Part shown: positions 30,473 to 41,828 of the stretch, piece after piece
Layout of the letters: each line of letters opens with the position of its first letter
Numbering within the stretch: the stretch's first letter is position 1
Source of the DNA: Nemertoderma westbladi
Taxonomy: Eukaryota > Animalia > Xenacoelomorpha
Length of the DNA stretch: 64,000 bases
Assembly: GCA_032718475.1 (NCBI GenBank)
Contig: JAUCBJ010006703.1
Span: 46,875 to 110,874, forward strand
Direction of reading: 5' to 3'
Made by a program: the position numbers and the translations under genes
Notes under the pieces: generated by a model
The model's input: the letters and a program-made list of their open reading frames with translations, nothing else
What the model was told of the DNA's origin: nothing
Database searches by the model: none

Positions 30473-31580
30473 GGAAGCAGGACAATTCGGTCCCGGACAA
30501 TTCGGTCCCATTAATTTTGTGTTTTGGGACCGAATTGTCCGGGACCGAATTGTCCGGATACTGACTAGGACAATTCGGTCCCAAAATATACATATTAATG
30601 GGACCGAATTATCCGGGACCGCACTGTCCGGGACCGAATTGTCCGGGACCGAATTGTCCGGGACCGAATTGTCCGGGACCGAATTGTCCGGGATCGAATT
30701 GTCCTGGACCAAATTTAATTGGTACTACTGTACTATATAATGGTGAATGTGCTAGAACCTTAATAGATATTATTATATGGTAGCTAGTGTTTTTTTTTTA
30801 CTAGCTAGTACTATGTTTATGAAAATAAAAAAAAATTTACTTTTCTTTTGTTAACATTATTAGTTATGGTAGCTATGGTGTTTTTATGGAGCTTGTGAAT
30901 TATTTACTAGCTAGTAATAGTATGTATTTAAAATGTTTAAAACGGATTTTTTTTATATATTGCGTATGTATACTGTATGTGTTGTTGGTTGGTTAACAAG
31001 CCTAAATTATTATCCTAGATAATAGCTGAATCTCATTCAGGGACTGTTATAATATCATCAATAATTTTGATATTTAATATAATCAGCAACAGTTAAGGCT
31101 TAATTCTGAAATATCAATGTTTTCACAAGTGTTTTTATAATTTCAAGGAAATGCTAGCTAGTAAAAAAAACACTAGCTACACCTTAATAAATAATATATA
31201 ATAATGTTCTCGAACACTTACCAATAACAAAAATAAAAAAAAATACAGTATTTTTTTAATTTCAAATAATTCTAGCAAGTAAATAACACTAGCTACCATT
31301 AAAAAATATCTCTACTAATGTTCTAGAACATTCACCAATTTCAAAAAAGCACTAAAAAGTTGCTATCAGGAACCGGACAATTCGGTCCCGCACAATTCGG
31401 TCCCGGACAATTCGGTCCCGGGCAATTCGGTCCTAGGACAATTCGGTCCTAGGACAATTCGGTCCCGGACATTTCGGTCCTAGGACAATTCGGTCCTAGG
31501 ACAATTCGGTCCCGGACAATTCGGTCCCATTTATTTAGTGTTTTGGGACCGAATTGTCCGGGACCGAATTGTCGGGACCG
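30473..31580. mobile_element. Non-coding foldback/MITE-like insertion in the satellite, with arms built from 15-bp GGACAATTCGGTCCC units
   Basis: 15-mer arrays in opposite orientations (30600-30705 vs 31374-31528). The left arm from 30568 is the reverse complement of the right arm ending ~31559. The AT-rich core has its own inverted repeats (30741-30810 vs 31285-31338). No transposase ORF. Confidence 0.85.
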
Positions 31581-34500
31581 AGTGGGATCTGTGGACGATG
31601 TGGGAGACGGAGTGGGAGGTATGGTGGGATCTGTGGACGATGTGGGAGACGGAGTGGGAGTTATGGTGGGATCTGTGGACGATGTGGGAGACGGAGTGGG
31701 AGGTATGGGGGGATCTGTGGACGATATGGGAGACGTAGTGGGAGGTATGGTGGGATCTGTGGACGATGTGGGAGACGGTGTGGGAGGTATGGTGGGATCT
31801 GTGGACGATGTGGGAGACGGAGTGGGAGGTATGGTGGGAACTGTGGACGATGTGGGAGACTGAGTGGGAGGTATGGGGGGATCTGTGGACGATGTGGGAG
31901 ACGGAGTGGGAGGTATGGGGGGATCTGTGGACGATGTGGGAGATGGAGTGGGAGTTATGGTGGGATCTGTGGACGATGTGGGAGACGGAGTGGGAGTTAT
32001 GGTTGGATCTGTGGACGATGTGGGAGACGGAGTGGGAGGTATGGTGGGATCTGTGGACGATGTGGGAGACGGAGTGGGAGGTATGGGAGGATCTGTGGAG
32101 GGTGTAGGAGACGAAGTGGGAGGTATGGGGGGATCTGTGGACGATGTGGGAGACGTAGTGGGAGGTATGGTGGGATCTGTGGGAGACGGAGTGGGAGGTA
32201 TGGTGGGATCTGTGGACTATGTGGGAGACGAAGTGGGAGGTATGGTGGGATCTGTGGACGATGTGGGAGACGAAGTGGGAGGTATGGTGGGATCTGTGGA
32301 CGATGTGGGAGATGGAGTGGGAGTTATGGTGGGATCTGTGGACGATGTGGGAGACGGAGTGGGAGGTATGGTGGGATCTGTGGACGATGTGGGAGACGAA
32401 GTGGGAGGTATGGTGGGATCTGTGGACGATGTGGGAGACGTAGTGGGAGGTATGGTGGGATCTGTGGACGATGTGGGAGACGAAGTGGGAGGTATGGTGG
32501 GATCTGTGGACGATGTGGGAGACGTAGTGGGAGGTATGGTGGGATCTGTGGAGGGTGTAGGAGACGGAGTGGGAGGTATGGTGGGATCTGTGGAGGGTGT
32601 AGGAGACGGAGTGGGAGGTATGGTGGGATCTGTGGACGATGTGGGAGACGGAGTGGGAGTCATGGTGGGATCTGTGGACGATGTGGGAGACGTAGTGGGA
32701 GGTATGGTGGGATCTGTGGACGATGTGGGAGACGTAGTGGGAGTTATGGGGGGATCTGTGGGAGACGGAGTGGGAGGTATGGGGGGATCTGTGGGAGACG
32801 GAGTGGGAGGTATGGGGGGATCTGTGGACGATGTGGGAGACGAAGTGGGAGTTATGGTGGGATCTGTGGACGATGTGGGAGACGGAGTGGGAGGTATGGG
32901 GGGGATCTGTGGGAGACGGAGTGGGAGGTATGGGGGGATCTGTGGGAGACGGAGTGGGAGGTATGGGGGGATCTGTGGGAGACGGAGTGGGAGGTATGGG
33001 GGGATCTGTGGACGATGTGGGAGACGGAGTGGGAGTTATGGGGGGATCTGTGGGAGACGGAGTGGGAGGTATGGTGTGATCTGTGGACGATGTGGGAGAC
33101 GGAGTGGGAGTTATGGTGGGATCTGTGGACGATGTGGGAGACGGAGTGGGAGGTATGGGGGGATCTGTGGGAGACAGAGTGGGAGGTATGGGGGGATCTG
33201 TGGGAGACGGAGTGGGAGGTATGGGGGGATCTGTGGGAGACGGAGTGGGAGGTATGGGGGGATCTGTGGACGATGTGGGAGACGGAGTGGGAGTTATGGT
33301 GGGATCTGTGGACGATGTGGGAGACGGAGTGGGAGTTATGGTGGGATCTGTGGACGATGTGGGAGACGGAGTGGGAGGTATGGGGGGATCTGTGGGAGAC
33401 GGAGTGGGAGGTATGGGGGGATCTGTGGGAGACGGAGTGGGAGGTATGGGGGGATCTGTGGACGATGTGGGAGACGGAGTGGGAGTTATGGTGGGATCTG
33501 TGGACGATGTGGGAGACGGAGTGGGAGGTATGGGGGGATCTGTGGGAGACGGAGTGGGAGGTATGGGGGGATCTGTGGGAGACGGAGTGGGAGGTATGGG
33601 GGGATCTGTGGAGGGTGTAGGAGACGGAGTGGGAGGTATGGTGGGATCTGTGGACGATGTGGGAGACGGAGTGGGAGTTATGGTGGGATCTGTGGACGAT
33701 GTGGGAGACGGAGTGGGAGGTATGGGGGGATCTGTGGACGATGTGGGAGACGGAGTGGGAGTTATGGTGGGATCTGTGGACGATGTGGGAGACGGAGTGG
33801 GAGGTATGGGGGGATCTGTGGACGATGTGGGAGACGGAGTGGGAGTTATGGTGGGATCTGTGGACGATGTGGGAGACGGAGTGGGAGGTATGGGGGGATC
33901 TGTGGGAGACGGAGTGGGAGGTATGGGGGGATCTGTGGGAGACGGAGTGGGAGGTATGGGGGGATCTGTGGACGATGTGGGAGACGGAGTGGGAGTTATG
34001 GTGGGATCTGTGGACGATGTGGGAGACGGAGTGGGAGGTATGGGGGGATCTGTGGGAGACGGAGTGGGAGGTATGGGGGGATCTGTGGGAGACGGAGTGG
34101 GAGGTATGGGGGGATCTGTGGAGGGTGTAGGAGACGGAGTGGGAGGTATGGTGGGATCTGTGGACGATGTGGGAGACGGAGTGGGAGGTATGGGGGGATC
34201 TGTGGGAGACGGAGTGGGAGGTATGGGGGGATCTGCGGGAGACGGAGTGGGAGGTATGGGGGGATCTGTGGGAGACGGAGTGGGAGGTATGGGGGGATCT
34301 GTGGAGGGTGTAGGAGACGGAGTGGGAGTTATGGTGGGATCTGTGGACGATGTGGGAGACGGAGTGGGAGGTATGGGGGGATCTGTGGGAGACGGAGTGG
34401 GAGGTATGGGGGGATCTGCGGGAGACGGAGTGGGAGGTATGGGGGGATCTGTGGGAGACGGAGTGGGAGGTATGGGGGGATCTGTGGACGATGTGGGAGA

Positions 34501-35665
34501 CGAAGTGGGAGGTATGGTGGGATCTGTGGACGATGTGGGAGACGGAGTGGGAGTTATGGTGGGATCTGTGGGAGACGGAGTGGGAGTTATGGTGGGATCT
34601 GTGGGAGACGGAGTGGGAGGTATGGGGGGATCTGTGGGAGACGGAGTGGGAGGTATGGGGGGATCTGTGGGAGACGGAGTGGGAGGTATGGGGGGATCTG
34701 TGGACGATGTGGGAGACGAAGTGGGAGGTATGGTGGGATCTGTGGACGATGTGGGAGACGGAGTGGGAGGTATGGGGGGATCTGTGGAAGACGGAGTGGG
34801 AGTTATGGGGGGATCTGTGGGAGACGGAGTGGGAGGTATGGTGTGATCTGTGGACGATGTGGGAGACGGAGTGGGAGTTATGGTGGGATCTGTGGACGAT
34901 GTGGGAGACGGAGTGGGAGGTATGGGGGGATCTGTGGGAGACAGAGTGGGAGGTATGGGGGGATCTGTGGGAGACGGAGTGGGAGGTATGGGGGGATCTG
35001 TGGGAGACGGAGTGGGAGGTATGGGGGGATCTGTGGACGATGTGGGAGACGGAGTGGGAGTTATGGTGGGATCTGTGGACGATGTGGGAGACGGAGTGGG
35101 AGTTATGGTGGGATCTGTGGACGATGTGGGAGACGGAGTGGGAGGTATGGGGGGGATCTGTGGGAGACGGAGTGGGAGGTATGGGGGGATCTGTGGGAGA
35201 CGGAGTGGGAGGTATGGGGGGATCTGTGGACGATGTGGGAGACGGAGTGGGAGTTATGGTGGGATCTGTGGACGATGTGGGAGACGGAGTGGGAGGTATG
35301 GGGGGATCTGTGGGAGACGGAGTGGGAGGTATGGGGGGATCTGTGGGAGACGGAGTGGGAGTTATGGTGGGATCTGTGGACGATGTGGGAGACGGAGTGG
35401 GAGGTATGGGGGGATCTGTGGACGATGTGGGAGACGAAGTGGGAGGTATGGTGGGATCTGTGGACGATGTGGGAGACGGAGTGGGAGGTATGGTGGGATC
35501 TGTGGGAGACGAAGTGGGAGGTATGGTGGGATCTGTGGACGATGTGGGAGACGGAGTGGGAGGTATGGTGGGATCTGTGGACGATGTGGGAGACGGAGTG
35601 GGAGTTATGGTGGGATCTGTGGACGATGTGGGAGACGGAGTGGGAGGTATGGGGGGATCTGTGGA
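31581..35665. repeat. 42/33-bp satellite, distal (edge) block, more diverged and rich in 33-mers
   Basis: Same monomer as the main block, with many 33-bp units and the private variants GAGGGTGTAGG, GGTGTGATC and GACAGAG. Ends abruptly at 35665. Confidence 0.98.
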
Positions 35666-36357
35666 GATGAAACTGATGAACAATTTACAGTTTTTGACTA
35701 ACTGCTCTGCTATAGTGATATATAACAGTTATAAACGTAATAATAAACAGAAAGACATAGTAATAAACAGTAAGAGAATATAATAATAAGTAATAAACAG
35801 AAATAAGGACCATAAAGATTTATTATGATTGATTATATTTTCAAATAAGCTTTATTGGGAGGTGTTACAGGGATCAGGAATGGCTGCATAGCTCCCACTC
35901 GGAGACGAAATCTAGGTTAATTTAACATTTCAGTGTAACTACAACTGGTGTTACATGGTGGGACAAATTGTTACAGGCATCGGAAATCACCATTCAAGGG
36001 CTCTGATTGGCTGACATCGGGCGTTACATTGTGGGACAAGTGTTACAGGAATGGACATCTGTTTTTCTCAATTATTTGTTACCATGAGGTCGGGGCTATT
36101 GGGAAATTACCACCATTGAATTCAGGGCATCAAAGAGCTTTCTGGTGATATATAATATTACATACTTTGGGAAACTTTTTAAAAAATGCATTTTTTTGGC
36201 CACTTCTTGTGAGTTTGAGCCACTTATTATTATTATTATATTCGGCTAGAGGACAACATAACACCTTACTGTGTTGTGCAGTTAATGGCAAAGTAATGTC
36301 AACTTTACAGCTCTAGAGAGGAACTTTACAAAGAAACTAAACCTAGTATTTTACCGG

Positions 36358-36685
36358 CCCATATGAAGAATACCAGAATTGCTGCCGTTATATTTCACTT
36401 TGCAGTTACCCCCATGTGAAGAATACCAGACTTTCTGCCGTTATATTTCACTTTGCAGTTACCCCCATGTGAAGAATACCAGGTTTTCACCAAAAACACA
36501 GGATACAGAAGGGCTGAATCAAACCAAAACAATAAACGAATTAGTATATGTACAGGTTATAAGACAGAAATAAGCGCTATAAATCACTTAATAAAGATAA
36601 ATTAAAAAAAAATTAAAAATCTTCATATATAAAATTCCAATAAAAAGTCAACCGAAAGTGAAATCCTGGTATTCTTCACATCGGG
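36358..36685. mobile_element. Short MITE-like element with a tandemly amplified left end (53-bp unit)
   Basis: CCCATRTGAAGAATACCAG at 36358, 36411 and 36464; the inverted copy CCTGGTATTCTTCACATCGGG is at 36665-36685. Confidence 0.55.
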
Positions 36686-36952
36686 CGATTTCACCAGTTA
36701 CACCGCAGTTATTCTTCCACTTTATAGTGATTTGTTGGTTCTGTTAGAAAGCTGGGCCGTGCAAGGATTCATAATATGTAAAAACATTTGAATTTGGTTG
36801 GGAAATAGCTGAGATATGAGCGTTTAAAAGTTGCATGGTTTTGCACTGGGATTTTATTATATTAAATAAATTTCCAAATTTTGATGGGCTCCCATAATAT
36901 CGAATAAATATGTAAAAAAGCAGAATATATTTCCAGATAGTTTACAGGGCAC

Positions 36953-36958
36953 TTTATT
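36953..36958 (-). terminator. Candidate polyadenylation signal (AATAAA) of the E2 gene
   Basis: TTTATT on the + strand, ~150 nt downstream of the stop codon. The AT-rich context makes a chance match possible. Confidence 0.4.
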
Positions 36959-37104
36959 TAATCGTTCACACTAATGCAGACAAAGTGGGTATTTTAAATA
37001 TAATTAATTATTATTATTATATAATTGTTACACCAGCCCGGCAACCGGACAAAATATGTCAATAATTGGGTTATTGAATGCAGCTGTTTGGTTACCACTG
37101 GTTG

Positions 37105-38121
37105 CTACAGGAGACTGACCGAGGGCTTCCGTTTCTTCCCGGAGGCTGGTGGAGGGGCGGGAAGTCCGCGTTTAACGCCGGACGGTTTACCTGTAGAACC
37201 GGACGCCTCGCCACTGCCGGACGGCCCCGCCAACTCGGTCCCGGACAGCTCGCTATCGAGCGCGCTCAGCCGAGTCCCAATGCTCTTGTAATCGAACTTA
37301 CGCGAGTGACTGGCCCCGTATCCGTCGTCCATGGACTTCCCTTGTAACCGAATCCTTTCCTTGGCCGTCTTCCTGTAGAACTCGCTGTAACCTCTGTAGT
37401 GGCTCCGCATTGGCTCTTGCAGCCCCTCCGGTATAGACTCGAGTCTCTCAACATTCCCGCAGACGGCCACTCTTAAAGTCTCGTGCTGTACGAACTCATT
37501 GTAGGAGTCTATCTTTTTAGTGGAAGCCTTGGAGAAGCCGGGCTCGTTGGTGTAAGGTTTATCGTTCATTAACGAACGTATCGATATCAACACGGACCCC
37601 AAGTTCTGGGCGGCGCTCCATTGGGGCCCGGGCCATGTGTTTATTATACTCAGACAGACCTTCCCACACGCATACAGATTGGGGTTGAATCGAACCTTGC
37701 CTGAGTCCGTGGTCGCTATGGTAACGGCGGGAGGTTTGAAAGGGTACTCTGGGGTGAAGCGGACTTTGAACAGGAAGAACCCCCCGTGGTATGGCGTCCC
37801 TTCGGGGCCCACCAGTAGCGCGTTCACTTTGGTTATGTCGTCGCCATCAGGAGACACGTAAATCCCCTCGACCGGCTCCTTTATCAGCGTCCGGATGTCG
37901 TTCCGGATACGTCGGAAACTCATCGGGGACAGCGAACTTCCACTCGGCTTCTTCTCGAATTTCATCACAAGGTTGTCCCATTTTTTCAGCATCGAGTCTT
38001 CCTTGTCTTGTTCCGTTTCCGTGGCAACTAAGTCCCCATCACAATCGTAAAATTCATCGATTATTATGACGTCATCATCACCTTCTATTTCGACTTCAGA
38101 AGATGTAGGCCTAGATTCCAT
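37105..38121 (-). CDS. UBE2Z: Ubiquitin-conjugating enzyme E2 Z-like (USE1 family), 338 aa, intronless CDS
   Basis: UBC fold motifs GPEGTPYHGGFFLF, YPFKPP, VRFNPNLYACGKVCLSIINTWPGPQWS (catalytic Cys intact) and PYTNEPGF. The UBE2Z-type C-terminal extension YNEFVQHETLRVAVC is present. ATG-to-stop frame is uninterrupted. Probably a paralog or retrocopy rather than the canonical ortholog. Confidence 0.92.
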   Translation of the reverse strand: MESRPTSSEVEIEGDDDVIIIDEFYDCDGDLVATETEQDKEDSMLKKWDNLVMKFEKKPSGSSLSPMSFRRIRNDIRTLIKEPVEGIYVSPDGDDITKVNALLVGPEGTPYHGGFFLFKVRFTPEYPFKPPAVTIATTDSGKVRFNPNLYACGKVCLSIINTWPGPQWSAAQNLGSVLISIRSLMNDKPYTNEPGFSKASTKKIDSYNEFVQHETLRVAVCGNVERLESIPEGLQEPMRSHYRGYSEFYRKTAKERIRLQGKSMDDGYGASHSRKFDYKSIGTRLSALDSELSGTELAGPSGSGEASGSTGKPSGVKRGLPAPPPASGKKRKPSVSLL

Positions 38122-39696
38122 ATTTCTGTATTTAGGTGTTTCAATAATCCTATTTCTGAATTTGTTATTTTAAGTTTAACATTAAGCTAAGCTGTTAAGA
38201 GGGCCTCACATTTTTCTGGAAAAACTGCTGAACTGTGGCACTGGCCCAGGGCACAGCATTCAGACAGGCTCATTTCATTACTGCATTCAGCATTAGCTGA
38301 TTAGCTGATTGATTAGGCAGTTAGCAGGTTAGGTGCAATACAGCAACACAACACAATATGCCTATGTCCAGATGTCAATGTTAGTATGTGATTGACAAAT
38401 TGAAGAGCTGATTGCAAAAAGTTAGCTAGCACTGAAATGTAAATTAAAATTAATACCGGTACAATACAATTATTAATTCAGTAGCCTACAGTAACCCAGT
38501 AACCTGAAGCGAAAGTGAAAGTAGGTATTACCCAGCTAGGTAGTTACTAGCTGGGTACCGTACCGGTCACCGGTACCGGTATTACCTACTGGCAAACAAC
38601 TCGCCCAAAGCCGTATTCTCGAAAAGCAAACACATGGTAAATACCTCTAACATGGTCTTTGATAGAGCCATGGCCAACTATATTTATACGGCCTAACAGG
38701 TCACTTGAAGTGGCCTCTTAAAAAGAGGCCAGTTTTTTTTTACAATATTTAGATATTTTGATATGGAGAGAGTTCTATAAGTTTTCATTTGCTGCAATTT
38801 GGTCAACGGACGTAATTGAAGTCTCCTCGTTAAGCAAGATAGGCCTACTAAATTTTATGGTAGCTATAGTGTTTTAGGTGGGTTTAGCTACTAATTTCGA
38901 CCCTGGTTCCGACATCCTACTTCCTTCTATAAATATTTTGTAGTAGCTAGTTCTTATTACTATTTGTATTGAAAATGTTCCAGAAGATGTTAGCTATTCA
39001 TGTTTTTAAAGAAATTATGTTCTAGAACAAATATTTTTGTTCTAGAACATTTTTTAGAAAAAATCTGGATTCTATTTAAAACGCATGGAATCGTTCTAAA
39101 ACGTGTTTAACCCTTTTCGGTACGATAGCACATACGTCTGTTCCATGGGTAGAGCGCCATGACACACACGTCTTCACGCGTCGTTTCATTTCCGCTGTCA
39201 GTTTTCACTTTTCTTTGACCCTATCCGGGCCAGAATGTCTGTCGGTCTGTCTGTCGTCTGTCTGTCAGTCTGTCCGTCAAAAATATAAGGAATCACATTA
39301 GCTAATTAAAATTATCGCTATGGGGGTTTTCCTGGTCAAGGATTTCATTTCCGCAGTCAGTTTTCACTTTATTTTTTTTTTCTAGTGGAGGTATTGTTCT
39401 ACATATATCAACTTGATATGGTGGTTCTGCTTGGACGTGATTTTTGGACACTGCATGTCCACATTTAAGATATCTCTTTTTACGTTCGGTGGCTGATTGC
39501 GGCCAATTTAAATATTTAATTGAACTATTGAATTTCGTTTATTGTTTTGGTTAGAATAACATGCCACTGTAACCTGATCATTTCCCTTAATTGATTACTA
39601 ACATTGCTGGTCGAGATATTAAGTGAATCTGGATCAAAATGAGCTATCGATATTATTTATAATGAAACTAACTATATGTGTTCAGCGTTATGACAC

Positions 39697-39782
39697 ATGT
39701 TTTTCATCCGGGGATAAATGTTTTTCACCCGGGTGATAAATGTTTTTCACCCGGGTGATAAATGTTTTTCACCCGGGTGAAA
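39697..39782. repeat. About four copies of a ~21-22-bp unit (ATGTTTTTCACCCGGGTGATAA) containing the palindrome TCACCCGGGTGA
   Basis: Read directly from the sequence. Confidence 0.85.
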
Positions 39783-39920
39783 AATAATTTAAAAAATCGA
39801 AATAATTGGCCGGAATAAATAAAAACAGTTTTCGCTTTCGCGAATACGAAACGCGGTCGATATCTCCGTCCTCATTTATCCTTCTCATTAGCTCCAGGTG
39901 CTCACCCCAAGTTTTTTAGT

Positions 39921-41828
39921 CTACCTCCGACATCCCCTGTCCTCCCACTCCATCTACCTCCGACACCCCCTGTCCACTTACACCATCTTCCTCTGACATC
40001 CACTGTCCACCCACACTATCTACACCCCCCCCCCCCCCCCCCCCACTGTCCACCCACTCCATATACCTCCGACATCCCCTGTCCACCCACTCCATATACT
40101 TCCGACATCCCCTGTCCTCCCACTCTATCTACCTCCGACACCCCCTGTCCACTTACACCATCTTCCTCTGACATCCACTGTCCACCCACACTATCTACAC
40201 CCCCCCCCCCCCCCCCCCCCACTGTCCACCCACTCCATATACCTCCGACATCCCCTGTCCACCCACTCCATATACTTCCGACATCCCCTGTCCTCCCACT
40301 CTATCTACCTCCGACATCCCCTGTCCACCCACACCATCTAAATCCCCCCCCCCCCCACTGTCCACCCACTCCATCTTCCTCTGACACCCCCTGTCCACCC
40401 ACTCCATCTACCTCCGACATCCCCTGTCCACCGACTCCCTCTACCCTCGACACCCCCTGTCCACCCACTCCATCTACCTCCGACATCCCGTCCACCCACT
40501 CCATCTACCTCCGACATCCCCTGTCCACCCACTTCATCTACACCCCCCCCCCCCCCACTGTCCACCCACTCCATCTTCCTCTGACATCCCCTGTCCACCC
40601 ACTCCATCTACCTACGACATCCCCTGTCCACCCACTCCCTCTACCCTCGACATCCCCTGCCAATCCACTCCATCTAAGGTAACTCTGACATCCCCTATAA
40701 CTTACGCCATCTTCCTCTGACATCCCCTGCCCAGCCACACCATCTACATCCGACATCCCCTGTCCACCCTCTCCATCTACCTCCGACATCCCCTGTCCAC
40801 CCACTCCCTGTACCCTCGACATTCACTGTCCATCCACTCCATCTAAGGTAACTCTGACATCCTCTGTCAACTTACACCATCTTCCTCCGACATCCCCTGT
40901 CCACCCACTCCATCTACCTCCGACATCCTCTGTCCATCCACTCCATCTACCTCCGACATCCTCTGTCAACTTACACCATCTTCCTCTGATATTCCCTGAC
41001 CACTTAGCTCATCTACATCCGACATCTCCTGTCACACAAAAATGCCGTAATCAATAAGGTACAATATTATTCAGGGTCATATTCGTGATCAGCATCCTAA
41101 AAACACATGGTCATAAAATCGATTTTAATTCGTGTGATTTTTCATTTTCATATTCCACTACTTGTTTTTCATGCCCCAGGGCCCCGCACTTTTAAATTAC
41201 CATAAATTTTCTCGAATGTTATATTTGAGTTCTATAATCGTGATCAGCATCCAAAAAACCGATATATACCGCAAATAAATTATATTCTCTGATATCCCCT
41301 GACCACTTAGCCCATATACACCCAACATCCCTGGTCCACTTACACCATCTTCCTCTGACATCCCCTGTCCAGCCACACCATCTACATCCGACACCCCCTG
41401 CCCACCCTCTCCATCTACCTCCGAAACCCCCCTGTCCACCCACTCCATCTACCTCCGACATCCCCTGTCCACCCACTCCCTCTACCCTTGACATCTCCTG
41501 TCCATCCACTCCATCTAAGGTAACTCTGACATCCCCTATAACTTACGCCATCTTCCTCTGACACCCCATGTCCACCCACTCCCTCTACCTCCGACATCCC
41601 CTGTCCACCCACTCCCTCTACCCTCGACATCCCCTGTCCATCCACTCCATCTAAGGTAACTCTGACATCCCCTATAACTTACGCCATCTTCCTCTGACAT
41701 CCCATGTCCACCCACTCTATCTACCTGACATCCCCTGTCCACTTACACCATCTTCCTCTGACATTCCTGTCCAGGTCCACCCACTCCATCAACACCCGAC
41801 ACCTGTTCATCTACTCCATCTACCTCCA
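39921..41828. repeat. Second satellite/minisatellite, ~33-bp unit CCACCCACTCCATCTACCTCCGACATCCCCTGT (G-rich on the - strand), interrupted at ~41034-41286 by non-repeat sequence
   Basis: Degenerate 33-nt periodicity, a ~175-bp higher-order duplication (39926, 40101, ~40277) and embedded poly-C runs. Confidence 0.93.

Noticed and set aside
1-35665. Telomeric or centromeric identity of the satellite
   Set aside because: There are no TTAGGG/TTAGG-type repeats, and centromere function cannot be read from sequence alone.
2-35783. Giant ORFs (up to 7874 aa) such as [28 protein letters not shown] and [14 protein letters not shown] repeats
   Set aside because: These are translations of a stop-free 42-bp monomer. 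Each ORF drifts between unrelated repeat peptides at 1-bp indels and has no non-repeat domain.
37025-38069. Short ORFs overlapping the E2 gene (and likewise 46304-48232 over the AKAP-like gene)
   Set aside because: They are shadow frames of GC-rich coding sequence with no recognisable motifs.
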